From the NCBI RefSeq assembly GCF_018350175.1, contig NC_058383.1:14448001-14512000 (forward strand): 64,000 bases of DNA. The letters are read 5' to 3'. The position numbers were made by a program, and so were the translations under genes. This document shows positions 23,021 through 34,986 of the stretch, one piece after another. Within the stretch, counting starts at the first letter, position 1. Every line of letters starts with the position of its first letter. The notes beneath the pieces were generated by a model. It was not told the origin of the DNA. It did no database searches and saw only the letters and a program-made list of their open reading frames with translations. Origin of the DNA: Felis catus. Lineage: Eukaryota.

Positions 23021-23240
23021 GGGACGCCTGTGTGGCACAGTCGGTTAAGCGTCCGACTTCAGCCAGGTCACGATCTCGCGGTCCGTGAGTTTGAGCCCCG
23101 CGTCAGGCTCTGGGCTGATGGCTCAGAGCCTGGAGCCTGTTTCCGATTCTGTGTCTCCCTCTCTCTCTGTCCCTCCCCCGTTCATGCTCTGTCTCTCTCT
23201 GTCCCAAAAATAAATAAACGTTGAAAAAAAAATTAAAAAA
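23021..23240 (+). mobile_element. Young Can-SINE
   Basis: Young-subfamily body and TSD aaaatttaa. Confidence 0.95.
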
Positions 23241-23288
23241 AAAATTTAAAACGTCAGCTAATCAAAGCATACCGTTAAAAATGCGTAA

Positions 23289-23500
23289 GGGGCGCCTGGG
23301 TGGCTTGGTCAGTTAAGTGTCCGACTTCAGCTCAGGTCATGATCTCACGGTCTGTGAGTTCGAGCCCCGCGTCGGGCTCTGTGCTGGCAGCTCGGAGCCT
23401 GGAGCCTGTTTTGGATTCTTTGTCTCCCTCTCTCTCTGCCCCTCCCTATCTCTCTCTGTCTCAAAAATAAATAAAAATAAACATTAAAAAAATTTTTTAA
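23289..23500 (+). mobile_element. Can-SINE
   Basis: Perfect TSD aaaaatgcgtaa at 23277-23288 and 23501-23512. Confidence 0.95.
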
Positions 23501-23884
23501 AAAAATGCGTAAACAAATCCACACACTGGGGAAAATATTCACAGTGTGTGTACCTGAGAAAGGAATTGTACCCAGATTCTATATGACAAATCTTAAAAAT
23601 CGTGAGGGAAAATTAGCAAGAGATTTGAACACCCACTTTGCAGAGCTTTCTCAGTTTTGGTCTCATTTTGTATATTTCTCATCCCTGACCTGGAATCAGC
23701 CATTTCTACAAGAAGCCCTATTTCCTTCTGATGGGAAACAGTAAGACTTTGGTATCCAACCTATTAGTCAGGGTGCCCATTGCTGTTGGAGTATCACTGT
23801 GTTGCCTTTTCAATAAGCAAAGCTAGACAATATTGAGTTTTATAGACTGAGAAATGTAGATCATGAGTTCGTACTAATATTAAG

Positions 23885-23893
23885 AATTTTTGT

Positions 23894-23932
<39 letters not shown>

Positions 23933-24115
23933 TTTTGAGAGACATAGAGATAATGCAAGTTGGGGAGGGGCAGAGGGAGAGAGGGAGAGAGAGACCCCAA
24001 AAGGGCTGCCAGCGCAGAGCGTGATGCGGGGCTTGAACTCATGAAACAGCGAGACCATGACCTGAGCCAAAACCAACGGTCAAATGTTCAACTGGCTGAG
24101 CCATGCAGGCGCCCC
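23885..24115 (-). mobile_element. Can-SINE with expanded (TTTA)n tail
   Basis: About ten TTTA units followed by the SINE body. Confidence 0.92.
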
Positions 24116-24444
24116 TCATGCTCCTATTTCTAATTCAAGTTTATGATTACAGGGTTTTTGCGTCTTTGCTTTTATACTTCTCTTTTACTGAAAGACTTGG
24201 TTCCTATTCATGTAATTTCTTATTTGCATGGTTCTACAACTGTATAAATAATGGTTTCGAAATAAGAATGCCAGCTAGCTAGTTAACTGAGTGAAACTCA
24301 ATACTTCTTTGTGGTTTGTTTTCACATTCTTGGTAAAGGATGTCAGCACTGTATGGCGATGGGCAGTAAAGTTCACTTGCTTTTCTCTTTTAGCCTTGAC
24401 AAATCAGTTGGTTGGAGTCATTTGACCTAAAGTTTTGGCTTGAA

Positions 24445-25005
24445 AATTTTGTTTACAGCAACTTTAGGCTCAGAGTCAAATTGACAGAGAGGTACAGAGA
24501 TTTTCCATATACCCACTGCCCCCACACATACATAGCCTCTCCCATTTCAATATCCCTCACCAGAGTGGTACGTCCGTTACCCTTGACGAACCTACATTGA
24601 TACATCGTTATTACCCCAAATCTGCTGTTTATATCATCATTTTCTCTTCGTGTACGTTTCGTGGGTTTGGACAAGTGTATAATGACGTGTATCCATCATT
24701 TAGCATCATACAGAGTATTTTCGCTGCCCTAAAAATCTTCCGTGCTCTGCCTCTTTATTCCCTTGTCCCCCGGTCCCCCGCAACCACTGATCTTTTTACT
24801 GTGTACATAGTTTTGCCTTTTTCAGAATGTCATATAGTTGGAATTGTACATATAGTACATGCAGTTGGAATCGTAGAGTCGGAATTTATTTTCAGAGCTG
24901 AATAGAAGTCCATTGTCTGGATGTGCCACAGTTTACTTGTTCAAGAAAGACATCTTGGTGGTTTCCAAGCTTTGACGGTTAAGAATAAAAGCGCTCTAAA
25001 CACCC
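24445..25005 (-). mobile_element. L1MC1/2-like 3' end
   Basis: aggtacagagattttccatatacccactgccccc...gaacctacattgatacatc. Confidence 0.75.
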
Positions 25006-25689
25006 CCTGCGAAATTTTGGCAGTCCTGCGTCTAGTCACGGCAGCGTGCACCAAACACAGCGTTCGGGCTGATTTCTCTCCAGCACCCTCTCGGGCTTTC
25101 TGGTTCTGGTGCCCGGCAACGCTTACTGCCAGAGGAGGTGCGAGTCGGGACAGCCGCTTCACGTGGATTCATTTTGTTAGTAAATCTGCCCCAGCCCACC
25201 TTCCTTGTGGCTGAGCTTATGGATCCAATGAGAAGGGGGGTCTGTCACTGTTATCATCATTATTATTATTGCTAGAGCGTTGGGAAAAAAATTCAAGAAC
25301 TGCCAGGCATAAAAAGAACACTGAGCCCCTCCCCCCCCAAAGCATCTTCTTGATTGTCAAAGCTAAATTAAATCCTCACGTACGAGAACTATGTCAGAGA
25401 GGAGAAATAGCCCGTTCCGGGGTAAAAACAGGGCCCCCGGAGCTCTAAAAGGGGGAACAGAGCATGACTGTCATCAGTGAGTGGAGGGAGGGAACAGAAT
25501 GGACACCAGGGAGAAAAGCCCACAGGCCTTCTCCGTATCCTTCATCGCGTGGTGCGTGTTTGCACCATAGCTAATCTGTATTCATGGTGCCTGAGAAGAT
25601 AAGCAAGGGGGTCGTGGACTTGAGAATGGGTGTCCACGAATGTCATTGCATTTACATAGGAGAGGGAAGCACCTAAAAATCATGCCTGC

Positions 25690-25902
25690 CGTCGATTGGC
25701 GTAACACTGGGCCAGACACTGTGCTAGGCACTTTATAAACATCAGGTTGGTCAGTCTTCATGACAGATCTGTGAAGTAGCCATTATCGATTCCGTTTTAC
25801 AGATGATGCGAGGATGGGCAGAAGCCAACTAATTGGTCTGAGATCTCATAGCTCATAGAGGAATCAGAACTCTACCCCAATCTATCCGACTTCGGAGCTC
25901 TT
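25690..25902 (-). mobile_element. MIR
   Basis: gccagacactgtgctaggcacttta...ccgttttacagatga. Confidence 0.75.
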
Positions 25903-28141
25903 TGTGGCTTTGCTCACCTGTTGCTTGGTGTATTTATTCATCCAGAGCCTCATCCATCCACCCTCTGGGTAGCCGTGAAAGCTGCAGATTATACCCCGAT
26001 GTCATCATATAGTAGGTGCTCAGAATGTTGTCCGTATACAGTACAGATCAGAGAGTCATTCCGTTTGTAGTCGATACGATGTCCATAATTCCTGTGTAGA
26101 CACACAAATAGATCCCATGCCCATACATCTATTTCATGTGATACACTATCTCATATATAGAGAAGTGTAGTTATGTAATAAACAAAAATGTGTTTGAAAC
26201 AGCATGAAATTGGATTTCCTCATCCATAAATTGTGTTATATTTATGTCTAAGTTATAGTTCGAGAAACAGAACCGCGATGTTGATATTTTTATAAATGGT
26301 GTCTAATGTATTTCTATTAAGGGGAGATATATTTGCTGTGCTGAAATGTATTATCATAATAGCCAAACCATTTACTCTACCACTGGAAAATGGTGTGGTA
26401 TTCTGCCGGAGATTCCACTTGCCTGCTCCCAGGCTGCCAGATCTATTGTAAATTATTGTAGGCGTCTGTGAGTTATTTTATAGGAAGCATCCATCTATTT
26501 TTACAACTCCGAAAAGTCTGTCACTCTCATTCATCTCCCTGGGAATAAAGCAATAATTTGATTCTCTATAAATGTGAACCTGAATTTACACCATCCTCTC
26601 CAGTTGGGACGTCAGTGATGTGGGTGATTTATAGCTCTGTGTCTCTGGGGCAGGGGACTGGAAAGTGGCATCCTGGCCCGGTGTGTTTGTTGCCATTTTC
26701 CATTATTTCCGCAGAAAGGGGGGTGGGAATCCACCTGTCCCCATTCGACGTAGGATGTCACTGATTTGTTCCCTGTACCATGTGGGCTCGTTAAATGCCA
26801 TGGCTCAAGGGACGGTCCTAGGGTCCTGAGCCACTCCATTCAGCTCTGGGTCCCATAGTTGAGTGAGATGTCTGTAAATATACTCAGGGCACCGTGATGT
26901 GCTTCCGCCTTGAGAGAGCACCATTGCAAATGCTTACATTTCGAGGCTTCAGCAGGAAAGTGGTCGAATATTTGGGGGCTTTTTAGGGATTTGCTGCCCT
27001 GTGGATGGCCTGTTAGGCAGACCCACATTATCCATCTACAAGAGCTTGTCTAGGAAATGTCCCATGTTTCGTCCCTTTTTCCCTTGATAGGATGCCAAGG
27101 GGGGGCATCCTTTTGTCAGTTGCTTGGGACCAAGGCTGTTTGGGCCTGAAAATCTGGCTGCTTCCAGGACCAGGAAAGTAGGCAGTGGGAAGAGAGCCTG
27201 AATACTCACTAAAATGTTGAGGTAGGGGATGTGAGCAGGAATCAGGGCTGGAGTTTGTAGCCAGAGAACTGGAGTCCCAGAAAGACCAGAGAGAGAGATG
27301 ATGGATGGGGCAAGCGATGCACAGAGAAATCCTGGAGGACTGCCGGAGGCAGGTGAGATCTGGTGCCCTGGGCGGGCTTTCCCGTGCATTCTACAGTATG
27401 GTGCTTGGGTGGGCTGGCTGCACTTAAAGGTCCTCAGGATAAGGCAACTCATCCCTGAGCTGTTGTCCCCACTGAGGAGTCCAGATTCAGGCATGAAAGC
27501 CTCTCTGACCTCTCTTGATCATATTCTGACTCTGGAAGGTTTGTGCTGGGGGCTCTCCCTAATTGAAACCATTTTTCCTAGAAGGTCGTTTATCCTAAGT
27601 GTGACACGCCAGTCTGGCTCAGCAAGAAAACTTTGCATATGCAAATGGCCTGTATTATTGCGGAAGCTCTTATTTAAATGACTTCGTTTGGGGAAAAGAA
27701 GCCTAAGTGGAAATAGGGTGGCTGGATTTGCCAATTGGGACCCTCAACTTTGCAGCCACTGTCCGTCCCTTCGCCCATGTGTGGGCACTTCTAGCTGACA
27801 GCCACATGTAGCCACTGTCTGCTTCACAGAGTATGAAATGGCTTCCCATTGGACTATTTTGTAATTAAGTCTCTCTCCTTTTGAAAATCTAAATGGGAAA
27901 TATATTGTGCATTTGACAACTCCATAAATTTTAAAATACTCAAGCTGAGAAATGCAACTCCGTGCTTCCTCTATGCGACAGGAATAGAAAGAATTAAAAC
28001 CTCGCATACTTCTCAAAATTTGCATTTAGACTCTTCTAAACCTTTTTGAGGTGCATTCCAATTCCATTCCCCCCGCCCCCCACAAGGACACCCAGGTAGG
28101 AAATGATAAAGGTCCATCCTGTTGATGTAAAAGAAGTGAGA

Positions 28142-28361
28142 GGGGCGCCTGGGTGGCGCAGTCGGTTAAGCGTCCGACTTCAGCCAGGTCACGATCTCGC
28201 GGTCCGTGAGTTCGAGCCCCGCGTCGGGCTCCGGGCTGATGGCTCGGAGCCTGGAGCCTGTTTCCGATTCTGTGTCTCCCTCTCTCTCTGCCCCTCCCCC
28301 GTTCATGCTCTGTCTCTCTCTGTCCCAAAAATAAATAAACATTGAAAAAAAAATTAAAAAA
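28142..28361 (+). mobile_element. Young Can-SINE
   Basis: All CpGs intact. TSD aaaaga(a/g)gtgaga at 28129-28141 and 28362-28374. Confidence 0.97.
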
Positions 28362-28814
28362 AAAAGAGGTGAGAGGAGTGTGCACATTCAGGGAAGAGCT
28401 ATCATCTTCTCTTTTTTCCCCCAAAGTTGTCCTTTTTTTTTTTTTCTCACCCAGAAAATCAGCCAGTTCTTCGGGCTTGGAATGGATGTGATAAATTCGG
28501 AGCTCTTTTTGGGGGGAAGTTATCAAGGGAGAGTCATCCTAGAGGCATGCCGCAAGTCTGGAACAAATTAGGGTGGCTGCCAGCGTTAGAGGGCACAGGG
28601 GCAGCTTTGAGGCTTGCTCTGAGGGGTGGGGATGCGCTCTGAAGATGCTCAGCCTACTTAAAGAGACCCAGCAGCTATGACAAACTCTAGGAAAGCTGTT
28701 GAGATGGGAAGAGAGATCTGCACCCGGGGAGGGGAAAGTGGGACACACAATTTCTTAAGAACCAGAAGACAGAAGAGGTAGATGGGTTGGAGGGAATTGG
28801 TTGATGTTCAAGTT

Positions 28815-29510
28815 CTAAGTGTATGACCAACAGCCCCCAAATAAATGGCTTCAAATAACAACAGTCATTTTATTATCTCTTCTGGGTATCCAGAAGAGTA
28901 TCCAGCGACACACAGGGTATGAATTGTGCCCCCCGCCCCCACCAAAAGATATGTTGAAGTCATAACTCCCAGTACCTGCGAAATGACCTCATTCGGAAGA
29001 GAACTATGAGCATTTCTTTTGTTTTCAGCCACCAGTTTGAGGTCTTTGTTACGGCAATCCAAGGAAACTAATACAGTGGGGATAGTTTGTCTCTGTTCCG
29101 GGGTGGTTGGGGCATCCGCTGGAAGGATTTAAAGGATGAGAGTTGGAATCATCTGGAATGTTCACTAACATGTCTGGCAGCTGATATTGGTTGTCACCTG
29201 AAACCTGAGCTTGGCTGTCACATAGAACACCGGGTGGTCTCTTGGATGGGCTCCTTTGGGCCATTTGATATCGCGGTGCTGGGTTCCAAGAGCATCTTTA
29301 AAGAGCCAGGTGGAAGTTGTATCACCTTTTCTGACCTTGCCACCAAAATCACGTAGTGTCATTTCTATCGTAGTTTCCATTCGGGGGAAGCCCTGGGCTC
29401 AAGAAGAGAAGACCCCGCTTCTTGATGGGCAGGATGTCCAGGTCACGTTCCAAAAGTGCATGTGGAATGGGATAGACAGGTATAGCATTTGTGGAAAATA
29501 CAGCCTGTAC
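28815..29510 (-). mobile_element. Old MaLR LTR (MLT1F/G/H-like) interrupted by an internally deleted MLT1B/C-like LTR (about 28910-29075, +)
   Basis: The inner piece joins the LTR start tgaattgtgcccc...atatgttgaagtc to the LTR end tttgttacggcaatccaaggaaactaataca. The outer element has gagccaggtggaagttgtatcacctttt. Confidence 0.7.
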
Positions 29511-30126
29511 ATTAGAGAAGGTTCCACCCTGCAGCTTGTGTGGATTAGACAGCCCCATCGAAGGGCAGGGGCAGGGACCGTCTCTCCTTCTTCCCTTTGC
29601 TTTTTGATTCTGCCATCTCCTTTATGGCATGTCTGTGCTGCCACGTTCGGTCCTTGCAACCATGGTCTGGTCCCCCACCAGAGAAGGAACTAAATTCTGT
29701 CCAGTAAACATGTTCGGGGTCCTGTGTGCAAGAAAGCGAGCTAAATCCTGTGGCAAGCCCTGTGTCTGCAGAGAAGAAGGTTGCTGGCCCAGAGGAGTCC
29801 TAGTGATGGGCCACGACAGACGTGCCCCTAAGGCCAGATGTGATTTACTGCTGTACATCACGTGGAAGCAGAATGTGGGGGAACAAGGAGACCGAATAGC
29901 GTCCCCATTGTCAGCACCACCCCCCCGACACCTGTTGCTGCATGATCGCCTCGCATGACAAGGTGGAGCCTGTGGGTCTCCTACACTCAGCTGTATTAGC
30001 GCCCTGGGCTCATTTCTTACTCTGAGGGGGATGTAGTTTTCTAATTCAGAAGGCAGGAACAGTCCACGTTCTAGAAGAGGCGGGTCTCTCTGCCAGATAT
30101 TGGTTGACGCCCTCAGCAACGGCAAA

Positions 30127-30202
30127 GTGGGTCCTTGACGTCCTGCAGTTGACCACTGGCTTTTGTGGGTCCTTGACGTCCTGCAGTTGACCACTGGCTT
30201 TT
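30127..30202. repeat. Perfect 38-bp tandem duplication
   Basis: gtgggtccttgacgtcctgcagttgaccactggctttt at 30127-30164 and 30165-30202. Confidence 0.97.
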
Positions 30203-30489
30203 CTCGGTCAGCAGGGATATGGATAACATGGAACGTATCTGTTGATCTCACACATGTGAAGATACACCAGCTGTGTTTATCGTTTGTCTGCAGTGGGTGG
30301 GAGGGGTTTTTTGTTTCCAGGGTGACTTTTGGGTTTGTTTGGAGCCTTTCTTCTTCTTTCTTAATTTAGTAGATGTAAGGCAGAAAGTCCTAGGAGATAC
30401 CTCTGCAGACGCGAGGTGCCTCAACCCACTTTCTAGAAATGTTTTCGCATGCAGTTAGAGGTGAACAGAATCCTATGGAAATGCCTATA

Positions 30490-31060
30490 GTTCAGCCAGT
30501 CAACAAATACGTAGTAAGCGTCTCCTGTGTGCTGGCCTGGGGTATCGGGAGGTCTCCCACGTTGTAGAGTTCATGGTCTGGTTGGGGGATCAGGCGTTAA
30601 GTAAGTAGGCATGCGCAAATAGATGGTAATGCATTGGGGTAAATTATGTGAAGGAAGAGAATTGAGCAGGATAAGAAAGGACGAGGGGTAAGGTGGTGTG
30701 CTGGGGACATTTGTGGGTGGGGAGGTCCTCACTCAGGAATGGTATTGAAAGCGTGACCTGAAGGGGAAAGGGAAGAGCAGGGAGCAGCCAAGAGTGATCC
30801 AGACAAAGAGCAGGACGGATAACATCTCCAGAGACAAATGGAATCGTTGGGTTCCAGCCCCTGGGGAAAACCTGCATGGCTGAGCAGAAGGCTCAGGTTG
30901 AGAGAGATGAGTTTGGAAAGGCAGGAAGGGGCCAGGTCTTACACGGTCTCGTAGGCCACCTGGCTCACTGAGGACTTTGTGTAGAGTTAATGAGAAGTCC
31001 CTGAAGGAAGAACCACATGGTCCGTAAGACTTGAGTAGAGACAGGGTTAAGAGGAGGCGG
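30490..31060 (-). mobile_element. L2 3' region
   Basis: ttcagccagtcaacaaatacgtagtaagcgtctcctgtgtgc...gggaggtcctcactcaggaatggtattgaa. Confidence 0.7.
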
Positions 31061-31283
31061 GCTGGTCTGATCACATCGGGAAAGCCCTGACCAAATGTCT
31101 ATAGGGGTTTTGCTTTCTTATATTTAACGGGTCAAGGCTACACTGTGGTGGTTGGACCCTTGAGTCTCTGGGGGACAAGGGCTTGGGCAGGAGTGGCCAG
31201 AATTTGGGGCTCGGCGGCCAGTGGAAATTCAAACCCGGGATATTTCTTCTGCCTGATCGAGCTCCTAGGGTCATCCATTAGAG

Positions 31284-31522
31284 CAGAATTTCTCGCGTAG
31301 ACACTAGTGACGATTTGGGCTGAGCCATTCCTTGTTGTGGGGGGAGGGGGCGTCCTGGTGTTGTACGATGTGTGGCAGCATTCCCAGCCTTTGCCCACCA
31401 CATGCCCGTGGTGCCCACCACCAGCGCCACGTTGTGATGACCAAAAACATCTTCAGGTATGGCCGAGCGTCCCCGGCGGGGAGGGGCGGGGATCAGAGCT
31501 GGCCCTCGGTGGAGAAGCACTG
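31284..31522 (-). mobile_element. MER20-like hAT element
   Basis: gttgtgatgaccaaaaacatcttcag...ggagaagcactg, with 8-bp flanks cattagag and atttagac. Confidence 0.85.
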
Positions 31523-31530
31523 ATTTAGAC

Positions 31531-31768
31531 CATGCCTTCTCAACGGGGTAAAATGCTCCCCGGGCGGTAAAAGCAGAGGTTCTTGAGGAGTGAAAATCGT
31601 CGACATGACAGTGGTTTACAGCCCTCCAAAGGGCCACCGTACGTGAACAGATATATAGTGTATCCGTGGTATTAAAATTGCATGGGAGAGGAAGGCAATT
31701 GAAAACAAAACATGTCTAAGAAGGCTTCTTGGGAGGGCAGTAATAAAAAACAAAATTGAGAAACACTG
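31531..31768 (-). mobile_element. MER112-like hAT element
   Basis: catgccttctcaacgggg...gccctccaaagggccac...gtggtattaaaatt...ttgagaaacactg. Confidence 0.75.
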
Positions 31769-31819
31769 CTCTCGACCAAGGGAGAACGGTTTTTTTTCCG
31801 GGAAGCCGGAAACCGGGCT

Positions 31820-31896
31820 GAAATGGGCAACCAGAGGGCCCGGCAGGAAGGGTCCTGGAAATCGAAATGGGGAGCCAGAGGGCCCGGCAGGAAGGG
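31820..31896. repeat. 33-bp direct repeat (period 44)
   Basis: 31820-31852 and 31864-31896 are 31/33 identical. Confidence 0.9.
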
Positions 31897-33239
31897 CCAA
31901 GTAATCACTAACAGCAAAGGCTAACAGTAATCACTGATCACGTGCCAGGCATGGGGCCGAGTGGTTTGAGCGTGCACGGCAGCACCCTGACGTAGCTGGG
32001 AAACTGAGGCACACTCAGATTCACAATAAACAGCGTCCAGAGACCCTGCCCTCTACCGCAGTGGGCCAGGGCCAACCCGGGGGTGGAGGACCGTGAACCT
32101 CAAAAGCCCATCAGAGGGGTTTTCAGGAACGTGGGGGGTCCAGAGGGTCCCTGGGGGCTGGGAAGGGAGCAGAGGGAGGCAAGGTAGCAGGGAAGGAGTG
32201 GGCAGAAAATGGAAAATCGAGAGGTTAGACCAGGAGGGAGGGAGGGAGCCAAGAGTCCAAGGGGCATGCTAGCGAAGCAGCCTCAGAGTTCAGTGAGATC
32301 CTTAATACAACCTTCTCCGGGTTCTTCTGCCTTCTGTCTCTCTCCGCCTCAGAGGCTGCCTAGTGGGTTTGGAGTGGGCGGGGCCAGGTGGCTGAATTCT
32401 TCCCAGCCGACCCATGCAAGGCTGGCCTTGGCCGCTTCTTTTCCCACCCGCCAAGTAAATCAGTATGGCTCCTGACTTCCCTCTGGGGCCTGTCTCAACT
32501 GAGCTCGCTCTTGTCCTAAGCTCGTGATCTTTAGGAAAGGAATTTTGCGAGCATCCCTGATTTAAAAAAAAAAAAAATGCATAGAGTATTTTCCTCCCAA
32601 GCTGTATATCTACACAGAGAAATAACACTATTTCATGCTGTCTCTCTCTCTCTCTCTCTCTTTGGCAAATATTGCTGTCTTCTCAGAGTTGGAATTTTAG
32701 CTCTTTAATCCTCGCTCTATGTTGAGAAAGGGTTTTGGGTTCCAGTTTGAAGGTCCCATTGCCGGGGAGGCAGCTCCAAGCCCCCAGGACGTACCTCAAA
32801 ACGGACTGACCCTCCTTTGCTCGTCGAAGGCGGTAGAAGCTGCCTCTTGGGTGTTTCAACTTTGGAAAGTTACGGTAACGTAGGGTAATTGGAGCATTTC
32901 AAATTAGGAATGGAATTATGATAATTGGCTCTACGTGTCGTTCTCTCCAAAATAGTTCTTGCACACAGATTACAGCCCGCTCCTGCCTCTTTCTCTGCAG
33001 CTGTTAAGGGTCCAGAGCAGCTGCGGGCACGTTGGAGGGGAGGTGTCCCCAGGTCACTGGCGGGCTCCCGGATCCACCGTCGAGTTTTGTCGGGAGGGAC
33101 CTCAAGGTTGCTGTGATGGGAGCATGAACCGGGTCAGGTGTCAGCCAGCCTGTGCCTGAATCCCTCTGACGACGAGGTGGCTTGCCACCTCGCACCCGTC
33201 CTACTGCTGAACCACTCGGATCCCCTGGAAGTCGTGTTT

Positions 33240-33430
33240 TTAGCAGCCTGCATCGTAGAGCGCTGACCAGGCCCTATTGCTAAGTTCTTGCGACCTTACT
33301 TCATTCCTAGAACTGCCCAGCGAGCTGTTACTGTTATCACCGTTGCAGAGAAGGGCAAGTCACAGGGCTGGCAAACGGAGGAGCCGGGTCTTGGCCACAG
33401 GAAGCCTGACTCCAAGGCCTAATGAACCAC
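33240..33430 (-). mobile_element. MIR (degraded)
   Basis: tcattcctagaactgcccagcgag...ctgttatcaccgttgcaga...gcctgactccaaggcc. Confidence 0.5.
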
Positions 33431-34924
33431 TGGGCAATATCGCCTGATGGTCTATGGCACTGTCGTGTCAGCAGGACGTCTGCCTGTGGCTCTCATGCAG
33501 CGGCACTGATGCTGCCCGTTGCCACTCTGGTAGACGAGTTCAATTCCCCTTCTGCACAAAATTCCTCAGGCTGATTCAACCCAAAGGCGTGCTTCCCCCC
33601 CTTCCCCCTTCGGCCCCCTTTAGTCTTTACTGCCGGAGGAAGAGAGTATGTAGGTAAACACACCCAGTTCCTCCCTGGTTCCTTGAATCTCACGCTTCAA
33701 GATCCTACTGGCCGGGGTCTTCTCCTCTTGTGTTGCCCAGAGAAGAAGCTGACTCTTCATATGTGGCGAAGAGCGGGACCGGGGTGGGGACCAAGAGCAC
33801 AGCCTGTTCCCCGTTCTCGAAGTTATGCTTAAAACCCAAGATCACATCTCGCCGTGGATGGAGTGGATCAACCCGCTTGTGTTCTCAACAGGCAAAGGGA
33901 TGCTTGGGAGAATTCCCTTCCGAATGAATCACGGAAGCTACACTGGCAAGACATGAATCAGGGATACCTAGGAAGCTCTCCCCAGTCTTCACGCCCAGAC
34001 TTGACTCCTGCTTTGGCACTGTATAGGTAAACTTCAGGACGACCGCCCGTGTGCCAACATTCTTATTCATTCCCTTACCCATTTATTTCTTCACTCTTGA
34101 CAGAGCGGAAGAGGTTCTACTAAGGTTTCGAGCAGAGCACTGAGTTTGGGGGATATACACATGAAGAAGGCATAGGTCCTGTTTTCAAGGAAGAAAAAGA
34201 AGACGCCCGTAGTTACAAGACGCCCGATGAGCACGAGAATACAACTGTGCTGGGACTCATTGGGATTACGGGAGAGACTTAAGGCTGGAGGATCTGGAGG
34301 TGCTTCTGAGGATGCCTTGAAAGGCACACATGAGTAACAGTGTTCAGGAGAAGGAAAGGACACGTGCCGAGGAAGGTGAAAGCCCTTCCGCCTAAGGGAA
34401 ACATTCCAAGACCAAGGGAGGCCCGTTGGTATAAATCACATCGGAAGCGTTTCCCAATTTAAATGTTTATGGGCTGCAACTAATGGTACACAGTCCTTCA
34501 CACGTCACTCACCCCATTCCAAACCTGTCACCATTTGTGGCCCGTGCGCTCAGATGGCCAGCGCTTAGTATGAAGAGAGTAAAGGAGGCTCCACAGTTCT
34601 CAGCAATATTATCTTTTCGTGAAATTGTCCTTTCTTTCGTCTCCTTGCCCCATGGGGATGTCCTCTTTTCATTGATCTTTTATAGCCTCTGATCTCGTCT
34701 CATGGCGGTCGTGATACATGTCTATTTTCGTACGGTTTCTGAAGGAAGTCTTGTGGTGTCCTGGTGGTCTGCTTATGGAGTCTCATCTCTCAGTTGGCCT
34801 GACACCCACCCTCATGATCCCCTGTCCTGCCTTTATGGAAATGGTCATAAGATTGGTGAATATTTCTTAGGAGATCCTTGGCTTGGCTGAGTTTACTTCA
34901 ATTAGCTTTAGCCGTTGTAACCCT

Positions 34925-34928
<4 letters not shown>

Positions 34929-34968
<40 letters not shown>

Positions 34969-34986
34969 TGCGCGCATGCACACACA
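34929..34986. repeat. (CA)n plus alternating purine-pyrimidine tract
   Basis: (CA)~17 then cgtgcgtgcgcgcatgcacacac. Confidence 0.9.

Larger units (their letters stand above)
21695..23640. mobile_element. Old L1, minus strand to about 22900 then plus-strand ORF2 remnant
   Basis: Minus peptide LIDLNVKAGTRKLLEE...RQTTDWRKIF and plus peptide GKIFTVCVPEKGIVPRFY...ARDLNTHF. Confidence 0.7.
19685..24400 (-). mobile_element. Fragmented ancient L1 (L1MC-like) 3' region with several later insertions
   Basis: ttttattatggaaaatttgaaacatacacaaaaatagaa at the 3' end and cctggaatcagccatttctacaagaagccct near 23690. Boundaries are approximate. Confidence 0.6.

Noticed and set aside
28142..28220. tRNA-like A/B boxes at SINE heads as tRNA genes
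   Set aside because: They belong to tRNA-derived SINEs, with CT tract, tail and TSD.
33100..33160. GCCDGSM as a possible next GALNT17 exon (LCGGSM)
   Set aside because: Only a chance 4-residue resemblance, with no following EVLPCSRVAH and no suitable acceptor.
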